Positions 53,688-64,000 of a stretch of 64,000 bases of DNA are shown in pieces. Numbering within the stretch: position 1 is the first letter of the stretch; each line of letters opens with the position of its first letter. Made by a program: the position numbers and the translations under genes. Source of the DNA: Phoronis australis (lineage: Eukaryota; Animalia; Phoronida); NCBI GenBank assembly GCA_002633005.1, contig NMRA01000197.1:169351-233350 (forward strand). The letters run 5' to 3'. The notes beneath the pieces were generated by a model. It did not search any database and was not told the origin of the DNA. It worked only from the letters and a program-made list of their open reading frames with translations.

Positions 53688-56600
53688 ATGGCTAGTAAAA
53701 TTGGAAAAATAGACGTGTTTGATGAAACAGTAGAGACTTGGTATGCATACAAAGAATGTTTAGATCAATATTTCATTGTGAACGATATTGAAGAAAGTAA
53801 ATTGGTCCCGGCATTGTTGAGCCTAATAGGTACAAAAACATATTCGTTACTGAGAGATTTGACATCTCCAGACTTGCCGTCAACTAGAGGTTACCATGAT
53901 TTATTTACTATACTTGAACAACACTTGGCACTGAAGCCACTGGTTATTGCAGAACGGTTCAGGTTTCATAAGCGGGATCAGCGCGAAGGGGAAGGAGTTC
54001 TAGAATTTATCGCTCAACTCCGAAAGCTCAGCACTTACTGCGAATTTGGTGCAAGTTTGTCAGATACCATTAGGGACAGGCTAGTTTGCGGTCTAAGAAA
54101 TGAGGAAACACAAAAGGAACTTTTGAGTAAGCAGGACTTAACCTTAGCTAAGGCACAAGAAATAGCGGTCGCCATGGAAGCCGCGGCTCGAGACGCCGTG
54201 GAATTGCAAAAAAGTACGTCTGTAAATAAAGTAAGCTCGACACGTGAGAACACCGCGCGCAAAAAGTCATGCGCGAAAGAACAGGCCCATAATTTTGAGG
54301 CCTCAAGGGGTTGTTCTCGATGTAATAATAAAAACCACGATGCGAACTCTTGTTTCTTCAAAAACGCAAGGTGTCACAAATGTCATAGGGTCGGACACGT
54401 GAAACGTGCCTGTCGTAGCGCAGGAATGAATACGGTAGACAGCGATTCGGATAACGGAAGTAACTTGGGGGTGCTAGATACTATTGAGATCAATAAAGTT
54501 TCAGTCGATGGCATCATATGGGTACATGTCGAAATTGAAGGCAAGCCATTAGCAATGGAGCTAGATACCGGGGCGAAAGTCTCTGTTATATCCAAGGGGG
54601 ATTACGACAAACTTATCACAAATAAATTGTGTAAAAGCAGCAAGCGTTTGAGAACATATTCCGGTGAGAGTATCACTCCGCTAGGCGTAGCACGCGTAAA
54701 GGTGCATTACGATGAACAGATCGCGGCAGTTGATTTATACGTGACCGAAAATGGTGGGCCGCCCCTCTTCGGCAGAGAGTGGATAAGAATGTTTCGAATG
54801 AGCCCAGAGGATGTAAAGCGCGCATTTGGCTTAGGCGAAGATAACGTCAAGGTGCTGAACGAACAGTGCATTACCCAATCAGCTCCTGACCATGCCATCG
54901 AGAAAGTTAAGGCCCTTTGTGAAAAATACAACGACGTATTCAGTCCGGATCTAGGAACATTAAAACAGATTCAAGCGAGTGTTAAACTAAAGGAAAATGC
55001 ACAGTCAAAATTTTGTAAAGCCCGCCCAGTGGCATATGCTATGAGACCAAAGGTTGAGCGCGAGCGTGATAGACTTGTAGAGACAGGAGTGGGCCACGCC
55101 AATTGTACCAATTTTAAAGAAAGATGGATCCAGCGTGCGACTATGTGGCGATTTCAAAGTGACTATCAACCCGGCTCTAGAAATAAGTAAATATCCATTA
55201 CCACGGGTAGAAGACATCTTCGCTACACTCGCAGGGGGGCAATACTTTACAAAATTAGATTTGAAGAACGCATATCTTCAAATGGAAGTGTGCCCGGAGG
55301 ACCGTAAATTCCTTACCATTAACACTATGAATGGATTATACCAGTACAATCGCCTTCCATTTGGAATAGCATCAGCGCCGGCAATATGGCAAAGAGCCAT
55401 CGATCAGGTGTTACAGGGTATACCCAACACCCAGGTCATGCTTGATGATATCATCATAACGGGAAAGTCAACTGAGGAACACCTGGATACCATTGAAAGA
55501 GTCCTTAAACGTTTGCAAGAATATGGTCTCAAGGCAAACTTAGACAAATGTGATATGTTCAAATCGAGGATTAGCTACTGTGGACATGAACTTGATAAGC
55601 AAGGTCTTCATAAGACACAAGAGAAAATTGACGCTGTAGTCAACGCACCTTGCCCCAAAAATGTGAGCCAACTCCGATCGTTTCTCGGATTAGTAAATTA
55701 CTACCGCAGTTTTCTGCCAAACGCGTCCTTGGTTCTGGCGCCCTTAAACAAGCTACTGCAGAAGAGTACTATATGGAAATGGTCTGCAGACTGCAGTCGC
55801 TCGTTCGCGGAAGTTAAAAGGTTGATAACTTCGGCTCAGGTTCTCACCCATTATGACCCGGAAATGCCCATTCGGTTAGCTTGTGATGCAAGCAAAGAAG
55901 GTCTAGGTGCTGTTCTCTCACATATCATGAGTGATGGAAGCGAACGCCCGATAGCGTTTGCCTCCAGATCGTTGAATTCAGCCGAGAAGAATTATTCTCA
56001 AATAGACAAGGAGGCATTGGGAATTATGTGGGCAGTAAAAAAAAATCCACTGTTACCTATTTGGTAGGCAGTTTAATCTCGTGACAGATCACGAGCCCTT
56101 ACTATCGATTTTTAGCCCACAAAAGGGTATCTCGTTAACCACGGCAGCTCGTTTGCAACGGTATGCGCTGTTCCTGGCCGGTTACACTTACACGATTGAA
56201 TACCGCAACACTAAAATGCATGGAAACGCTGACAGCTTGTCACGTTTGCCCTTAAATAAGAAACCAACTGGTGAAACAGAAAGGGATGATGGCTCCGAGG
56301 ATGTATTTATGTTGGGTCAGTTTGATACGCTGCCAATCACTCATAAGGAGATTAGCCAGGAGACCGTGAAAGACGCAACGCTAAAGAAGGTATACGATGC
56401 CGTTATGCGGGGATGGCATGATGGGGATATCCATGACGTTGAGTTAGCACCATTCTATTCAAGACGTTCCAAATTAACAATCAATCAAAATTGCCTGGTA
56501 TGGGGAATCAGGGTAGTTATTCTCGAACGCTTGCGCCCCGGAATTCTTGATGAACTGCACTGTGGTCACCTCGGCATCGTTAAAATGAAAACCCTCGCTA

Positions 56601-57614
56601 GGTCGTACATTTGGTGGCCAGGCATTGATTGAAATATTGACAAAGACGTGCCACGGGTGCCAAGCTAATGCAGCTATGCCCAAGGAAGCACCGATTCATC
56701 CATGGGAGTGGCCGAGCAGACCATGGCAGAGAATCCATGTTGATTTCGCAGGCGAGTTTATGGGCAAAATGTTTCTGATTGTGGTTGACGCTCACTCGAA
56801 GTGGCCAGAGGTGATTCCAATGACGTCAACTACCGCTGAGAAAACCGTCGATGCGCTGCGCGAAATATTTGCACGATTCGGTGTACCCGAACAAATCGTT
56901 AGTGACAACGGCCCCCAGTTTATTTCTTCGGAGTACGAACATTTTCTCAAACGAAACGGAATTCGCCTGATACGTTCAGCGCCATATCATCCTAGAACGA
57001 ATGGATTGGCCGAGAGATTCGTGGGAACCTTTAAGTCGGCCATGGAGGCTTCAAAGCGCGACAAAGGCACTTTCCTAAGAAAACTGTATGACTTCTTATT
57101 GACGTACCGTAACACTCCGCACTCATCAACTGGTCAGGCCCCAGCAACGCTCCTGATGGGTCGCATGCTGAACACGAGACTGAACTTAGTCAGGCCAAAT
57201 TTGAGAGCAACCGTTGAACTTAACCAAGAACGAATGGTGAAACCAGCAAACGAAAGAAGTTTTGAACTCGGTGAGCACGTTGCCGTTAGAAACTATAGAC
57301 CTGGAAACAAGTGGGTGCCTGGAGTAGTTAAGGAAAGAACTGGGCTGGTATCGTACAAGGTACAAACATCACCGGATGTTTATTGGCGCCGGCACGCGGA
57401 TCAACTGCGTACTGCTAATTTTCAAATAGAACAGCCGACAATTGCGACCCGTGTCGAGCCGTCTATAGAATCACCAGCGTCCATTTCTGTACCACTGCCG
57501 CAACCCTCAATTGCTCCTCAATATCCGCAGCCGGAACACGTCCCTCAAACACCACAATCTGAGCGACGCTACCCAAGCAGGACGAGGAAGGCACCGGACA
57601 GACTGGATCTGTGA
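53688..57614 (+). pseudogene. gag-pol polyprotein with three frame disruptions
   Basis: Two CCHC knuckles (CSRCNNKNHDANSC, CHKCHRVGHVKRAC), protease LDTGA, RT (LPFG, MLDD), RNase H (CDAS, YSQIDKEAL), integrase HHCC and DDE (HVDFAG, SDNGPQF, NGLAER). Frame breaks near 55090, 56040 and 56630. Confidence 0.95.
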
Positions 57615-57748
57615 TTCAGTCGTGACATACTTTAAAACTTTTCTTTGAGTAGTTAACATTTTATGAACTTTTTAGAACCTTAAGCAACCTTGGAGAGTTT
57701 TATCTCGTGTATTTGTGTTATAAGGACATTCATTTTAGTGTAGAGGAG

Positions 57749-57858
57749 TGTTGTATATCTTGACCTATAGAGGTCGCTAGCAGTCCAGTTTTCGAAATAA
57801 AGTTCTGTACTGGAACTCGCGACGTTTTTGTTAGCTGCTTAATGAAGCAAACACAACA
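57749..57858 (+). repeat. 3' LTR (110 bp)
   Basis: Matches 53343-53452 and is followed by the TSD GTAAT. Confidence 0.95.
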
Positions 57859-59185
57859 GTAATGTGTGAGGTATGATTCGCTAAAAAGCTTCCGGCATCT
57901 GAAGCTGCTGTAGGGACTTCACCGTCTCTACTGGGGCTAGCTGGAGACAGTGGTTAGTCGTCACTAGACTATGCCGCTGTTGCAGCCCAAACTGACGTCT
58001 GCACCAAACTGATGAAACCGTAAGTTCCCAAATTACTGCCAGAGTTTATTAGGGTTATGGGAACTGAAACTGAAATTGATGACAACGAGTGCGCATCATG
58101 TGTCTGAACATCGTTTTTCTTAGGTATGACCACTACCTAAATTAACCATGGAGTAGGCCATGCACAGGCTTTATTATGTCCAACTTCAGCAGTTTATTGA
58201 TTTTCTGTTCCACTTTGTCCCTGAGATTGCACGGTAAACATCGTAAAGGCTGTGTAACATGCTCAACACTGAGGTTGACGTGGAGGCAAATTTTTCTGTT
58301 GCAGCGGCTCCCAGTTGATCTCACTCACCTGGTTTATACCAACTTTTAACACGCCCAACCCTGTCCAAGAAGAGGCATTCCTTCTCCATCTGCATAATTT
58401 GCCAAAAAAACGTGCTGTGGGAGCATCACAATCTCTACTGCTACGTAGAGGTGGTGGCACTGTCTAGTCATCACACTGCATTTGTAACAGTGTTGCATCT
58501 ACGGAACTCAATACTGTCCATGTTCTGTTTCATGAAAGTGATTAAGACTTAACTCAGTGCTTACAATCATTGATTTCGTATCAAAAACAACAAAAAAACT
58601 TACCAGTCGATCAGCTGTCAAATTAGAATACTGTATGTTAACTATCTGATTTCGAGGTACGCACATTTCATTGGTCGAAACATGGTACGAAAAATTGGGA
58701 CAACCTATCACAGCATTAGTCTTCCTCCATTTTTTAATGTAAGAAGGGGTTGGACATTGCTGCTCGTGTTCCCGTGATTTGTAGTAAATAATAGAGAATG
58801 TCGAAGCATTGTGTTTGTGGTGGTTGTGACTACTTAGTATTTGAGCATTCTGTGGCACTGTTCACTTTCCACGGACATCAGAGAAGAGTGGATATGGCCC
58901 AAGTTTGTACAAGAAACTCACGTGTTGGTGTATATGTCACACTGGGGCTGGATATGTACACATGTCCTACTCATGTCCTGGAGCGAAAACACTTTTGATT
59001 AAAGTCGTTTTTTTCTTTTTTCTCACTTTTGAGATACTGAACTTATGACTGTTATATTGAGTTTTATAAAGGAATGTTTAATGATGCTGACATTGTGTGG
59101 ACTTGTCAAAACAACCAAATGGTGACTTTAAGCACTTCAAGACAGAAATTTGGTCTCTACTACTTCTTGACAATTGCTGAATATA

Positions 59186-59474
59186 GTTTTAGCCATTGAC
59201 AAGTAACTAGCTGTTATGTTTTAGCCATTGACAAGTAACTAGCTGTTATGTTCTAGCCATTGACAAGTAACTAGCTGTTATGTTTTAGCCATTGACAAGT
59301 AACTAGGTGTTATGTTTTAGCCATTGACAAGTAACTAGCTGTTATGTTTTAGCCATTGACAAGTAACTAGGTGTTATGTTTTAGCCATTGACAAGTAACT
59401 AGCTGTTATGTTTTAGCCATTGACAAGTAACTAGGTGTTATGTTTTAGCCATTGACAAGTAACTAGCTGTTATG
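59186..59474. repeat. 32-bp minisatellite, 9 copies
   Basis: Unit TTTTAGCCATTGACAAGTAACTAG(C/G)TGTTATG. Confidence 0.95.
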
Positions 59475-60058
59475 TATATGCACTCAGAGACTGGACTTTT
59501 ACACAAATGAGATTTACTTATTTTTCAGAGTGCAAGACCAAATTTCTGATGGTCATATACTGTAGGAACCTAGAAAAATGTGCAAAAATGCCTAACTTTG
59601 GAACATCATTTCTCAGAAACCGCTAATTGGATTCTTACAAAACTTTCAAATACTATGTAACGTTTTCCAGAACATTGTTGGAAATTGTTTTTAAAATGGC
59701 CCCCTTTTGCACGAGGGACCACTAAAAATAGGTCTTTTATGACTTTCTTAAAAAATAAAGTTGCATGAAACAACTTGAACAAAATGACATTTTAGAAAAC
59801 TTCACACCGTTTTTAAGGTCTCACCTGAAAGTTTCATAATATCAAATAAAATTTGATCATGTTATTCATCAATAAGGTACTGCTGTTTTGCTATCCATTA
59901 CCCATGTACCAAGTTTCTTTTCTGTTAAATTATACTAAAAAGACATTGTCACACAATCCAATTAATAAGGTGGTAGTAAAAATCAAAAGTCATATTCTTC
60001 AGGATTTCTACTTTTTGAGTCCTGTGTGACCTTAAGTCTTAAATCACTTATCATGAAA

Positions 60059-60742
60059 CAGTCCCGATGTATGCACAGTCTCCATGTATGTACAGTCACC
60101 ATGTGTGCGCAGTCACCATGTGTGCACAGTCGCCATGTGTGCACGGTCACCATTTATGCGCAGTCACCATGTGTGCACAGTCACCATGTGTGCACAGTCA
60201 CCATGTGTGCGCAGTCACCATGTGTGCGCAGTCACCATGTGTGTGCAGTCACCATGTGTGCGCAGTCACCATGTGTGCGCAGTCTCCATGTGTGCACAGT
60301 CACCATGTGTACACAGTCACCATTTGTGCACAGTCTCCATGTGTGCACAGTCACCATGTGTGCACAGTCACCATGTGTGCACAGTCACCATGTGTGCACA
60401 GTCACCATGTGTGCACAGTCACCATGTATGCTCAGTCACCATGTGTGCACAGTCTCCATGTGTGCACAGTCTCCATCTGTGCACAGTCACCATGTATGCA
60501 CAGTCCCCATGTATGCACAGTCCCCATGTATGCACAGTCCCCATGTATGCGCAGTCCCCGTGTATGCGCAGTCTCCATGTATGCGCAGTCCCCATATGTG
60601 CGCAGTCACCATGTGTGCACAGTCACCATGTGTGCACAGTCTCCATGTGTGCGCAGTCACCATGTATGCGCAGTCACCATGTATGCACAGTCACCATGTA
60701 TGTACAGTCCCCATCTATGCGCAATCCCCATGCATGCGCAGT
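60059..60742. repeat. 17-bp minisatellite, about 40 copies
   Basis: Unit CAGTCACCATGTGTGCA and variants. Confidence 0.95.
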
Positions 60743-60778
60743 TTCATCAAGCCCTATATTTTCACCTGTTATTTCCAG

Positions 60779-60962
60779 ACAAGTTTTTTGTCGTGGGGAC
60801 CACACACTCCATATCCCCGTTGCCTTGTTTACACAGAACAGAGAGCGACTGTGTGCGCGACTGAAAGCCAGCAAAGATGTACCTGACAATGCCATTGTAG
60901 TCTTGCAAGGGGGCGAGTCAACCACGAGGTATTGCTCCGACACCGACGAACTTTTCAGACAG
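60779..60962 (+). CDS. PEPD: Xaa-Pro dipeptidase (prolidase), early internal coding exon (probably exon 2)
   Basis: TTTCCAG acceptor, CAG|GTAAAT donor. QVFCRGDHTLHIPVALFTQNRERLCARLK...IVVLQGGESTTRYCSDTDELFRQ matches the prolidase N-terminus (LFxxNRxRL, LQGG, RYCxD, FRQES). 184 nt, phase 2 to 0. Confidence 0.92.
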
Positions 60963-61291
60963 GTAAATCAAGTTGTGTAATAAATGGAGATCATTGAGTT
61001 GTAAATGCACGGTCAGTTCACTGTGTTGAAACCGTTATTAAAATCACATGCAGTGTTTATTGGGTCATATGCAAATTAACAACTTCAGAATGGAATATTT
61101 CAAGTTTGTAGTGACTGATGTAGTTGCAGGATGTCAAATAAGTGTGGTAGTCCCCGTATAGAAATGTCCGTTTTCCTGTAGGTTGGAAAACCCATGGTTG
61201 CATTGATCTCGTTTTGGCCGGTAAATCTCGGGCTCATACTTGGATCATGTTGTAAAATATCGCATCCATGGATACTTCTCAAGTGTATTTA

Positions 61292-62842
61292 CCGTAAACG
61301 TTCGGGTTAACGCCCTGGGCGGTTAAATTGGCAAACCCAAAAAATCGGGGGTGGGCGGTTAACCAGACATGGGTGCTTAAACGTGAAACTTCAAAAAATC
61401 CAGGGTGGGCGGTTAACCGAACATGGGCGCTTATTACGTCAGACAAGCGCCCTGGGCGGTTAATCTTACCTCGTGATCTAAGTACCCACACCACACACGT
61501 AGTCGTAGGCCTACTCGGAACGCGTAGCACTTTTCAAAGAGCGTTATTGTCACGTGGCCACATGAAAAATGTCATAACAGCGGATGATCCTAACAAAGGT
61601 TATCATGCCCTCAGATTAGTTATTCACTATTAAATTTACAGAATTGCTGAGTAATAGCCCCGTGCCGTCCTGCGGTCTTGTTATTTAGCCCTGTAGTGTT
61701 GAGCGCAGACGACCAGTGACCACGCAGCCTCTACTTGGATTGCAACTATTTCATCTTGCTGAAGTGCGCGCGTGCAAGCTTCACGTGTTGCAGAGGTCAC
61801 AGCAGACATCAGATTTATGGTTACAGTCTCATACTAGCTGCCAAGTTCATAGTCAGAGAGCAGTTTTAAAATTGGTTGTAATAAAAGTTTGAAAACCTTA
61901 ATTCAGATGTTTTTTGTGTTTGGGAAGTTTATAGTCAACACTTCGTGACTCAATGACATTTTCAGCGTATGGTTCTGTGGCTTGCTGTTTTATCTCGACT
62001 GCCCGGCATTGCTCACTTGCCGTTGCGCCAAACATGCTCGGCAAAGAAGTAGGCCCAAGACAAGAATCGGGGTTAAGCGGCCGTGTGCCACTCGTCAATC
62101 AGGAATAAAATTTCGAGCCACGGCATAAATATGTGATAAAACGCTACAAAACAGCGATGTTTCAATTCATAAACGATCACCTTACCAAACTTCGTGGTGG
62201 AAAAACATTTATTTTTCATGCAAGATGTCCAGATTATCCTATTTATATCACTTGCAATATCGCACTGCGGCACTGTTCGGTCCCGTTGTTAGCGCGCAAT
62301 GTCTCAGTCGGCTGACAATGGTGACTTGGAAATGCCGTCAAGTAATATAACGGCCTCTTTCGATATGCATCTCATTTTTTATGGCCAAAGATAGCGGCGG
62401 GATTCAGCACGCGCGTAGGGCCTACGTGCGAGTCACCTGTCAATCACATGTTGGTGTCAAGGTAACATGCATTCCAAAGTGTGGGAACTTGCACGCGTGC
62501 ACCACTACAAAGTCACACATCAAAAGAGAATAGTGACAGTCCTAAGTAACAGAAACGGGCGTGACTATATACTTTTAACCATTATCTCATTTCTCTGGCC
62601 TGATTTTTTCGAATATATGTTTTATCAAGTGCATTGCAGACGAAAACTCAGCGCTGCAGACAAAGTTGCTGAAAGCGGAGGTTTTGACGCCGGCGGCGTT
62701 GTTAAACTTTGCAAACATGGGAAGAAAATAAAGTGACAAAAACGTTCAACTATTATATTTTGAAGTGAGTCCATGACCCAAGACAATAACTCGTTACTTG
62801 TATAATTGCAATTCATATTGCTAAACCACCGTCTCAGAGGCT
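61292..62842. mobile_element. Tc1/mariner-like element copy 2, inverted relative to copy 1 and truncated at its far end
   Basis: TA|CCGTAAACGTTCGGGTTAACGCCC. It is the reverse complement of about 43958-45511, and the same spurious ORFs appear mirrored in the ORF track. Confidence 0.88.
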
Positions 62843-63037
62843 GCCAACAGTCAACAGGCTAATAGTTTTATGACATAATGAGATGTGGTAAAGGCTTATT
62901 GTGACCAAGCAGCAGGGCTAAATTCAATGGACAATTAATTGTGTTCACATTACAGTTAGTAAATTCCAACATAGGACAATGGTAAATTTTTGCCTAGTGT
63001 GCTAGGTTCCTCATGAAATCTCTCTAAATGCCTTTTC

Positions 63038-63450
63038 CAAGGTACCTAAACTACATGGTTAACGAACTCATAAACACGGGCACGGACGCATGAACACGAC
63101 TCACGGACCTGCAAACACCGTCCACTGACTCACAAACACGAGAACGGACTTACAAAACACGATCCACGCACCCAAATACACGGGACACAGACTCATATTC
63201 ACGAGGAAACACGGTTAACGGACCGCCAAACACGGGTCACGGACTCATCGGCTTCCTGGGTCAGCTGGTAAACTGTGTTTGGCGGCCCGCTAACGGTGTT
63301 TCCTCGTGAATATGAGTCCGTGTCCCGTGTATTTGGGTGCGTGGATCGTGTTTTGTGAGTCCGTTTCCGTGTTTGTTAGTCAGTCGATGGTGTTTGCAGG
63401 TCCGTGAGTCGTGTTTATGAGTCTGTTGACCGTGTAGTTTAGGTACCTTG
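63038..63450. mobile_element. Foldback MITE, 413 bp, 5-bp TSD
   Basis: TTTTC|CAAGGTACCTAAACTACA...TGTAGTTTAGGTACCTTG|TTTTC; long mirrored arms with internal ACACG/ACGGAC subrepeats. Confidence 0.88.
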
Positions 63451-63454
63451 TTTT

Positions 63455-64000
63455 CCCATGCAGTTCACTTCCAACTGCAGAAGCTTCGATGTTAACTGTA
63501 AGTTAAGCCTTAGTGTTCCTATCAGCTTCAGAGTAATGTTATAGTTCAGTTTTTGCAAGGTGACATTAATATTATCTTTGGTGTTATGGCCTTTGCTGTT
63601 TTTGACAGTGGTTGCCATCAAAAATGGCAAGGACCTCTCCCTCTCAAAAGTTGGAAACAGTAGAATAATGTCGACTTCACAAGGCAGCCAATGGTTGCCA
63701 TGTTGGGACGATGATGATCTACTAGAAAATGACATATTAAAAAATTTGACTGTTGAGCAGGCTAACAGCTGATCCAAACAAAGGCTTTATGAGGTGGTGT
63801 ACACTACACATTCAATGATTTTTTAATGTAAAGAATCCAACACAAACATGAGTAAATTGAAACAGAATGCTTATACTGGTAAAGTAATAATTACCAGAAC
63901 AAAATATTAATATTAGCCAGTCACCAGCCGCTATTGGCAAATACAGGCAGTGACCCCTGCCGATAACTCCGATAGCATCGAAATTAAGAGTTCCCATTTG
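63455..64000 (+). repeat. Unclassified interspersed repeat (copy 2; runs off the window)
   Basis: Collinear with about 42640-43165. Confidence 0.75.

Larger units (their letters stand above)
53343..57858 (+). mobile_element. Full-length Ty3/Gypsy LTR retrotransposon (Mag-like), inactivated
   Basis: TG...CA LTRs, perfect 5-bp TSD GTAAT, PBS TGGCGACGAG at 53456, purine tract AGAGGAG before the 3' LTR, gene order gag-PR-RT-RH-INT. Confidence 0.97.
52675..58460 (-). mobile_element. Older, heavily deleted Gypsy relic, split by the younger element
   Basis: Putative 3' LTR 52675-53010 bounded by TGTTGTA...TACAACA, preceded on the minus strand by the PPT AGGGAGGAGGGGAA (53011-53024). Pol scraps at 58110-58360: LGVLKVGINQV, QPLRCLPCNLRDKVEQKINKLLKLDIIKPV, VVIPKKND. 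No 5' LTR seen. Confidence 0.65.

Noticed and set aside
15626-59474. CRISPR-like appearance of the regularly spaced repeats
   Set aside because: Units are head-to-tail with no unique spacers, there are no cas genes, and the context is eukaryotic introns.
60026-60886. Metallothionein- or keratin-associated-like Cys/His-rich protein gene
   Set aside because: A translation product of a 17-bp minisatellite open in all frames; not annotated as CDS.

Overview
AT-rich eukaryotic (animal) genomic DNA. The repeat types suggest a marine invertebrate such as a mollusc or other lophotrochozoan, but that is inference. The main feature is a complete minus-strand Spire actin-nucleator gene, reconstructed by hand from 15 GT-AG coding exons (51758 to 10532; 2277 nt, about 758 aa; KIND, four WH2, Spir-box, modified FYVE), including a 23-nt microexon missing from the ORF track. 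Head-to-head with it on the + strand is one internal exon of Xaa-Pro dipeptidase (PEPD/prolidase). Between the genes sits a full-length but frameshifted Ty3/Gypsy (Mag-like) LTR retrotransposon with 110-bp LTRs, inserted into an older opposite-strand Gypsy relic. Introns are full of non-autonomous DNA elements (Helentron/HINE-like, Kolobok-like, ISL2EU-like, Tc1/mariner-like, MITEs), a tRNA-derived SINE and many young minisatellites. I found no convincing new multi-gene system. The most unusual signals are a triplicated splice acceptor in front of the Spir-box exon, a 165-bp duplication flanking a DNA transposon, an inverted transposon pair bracketing the 5' parts of both genes, and a stop-free minisatellite in frame with the PEPD exon. 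All calls were made by eye, with no database searches.
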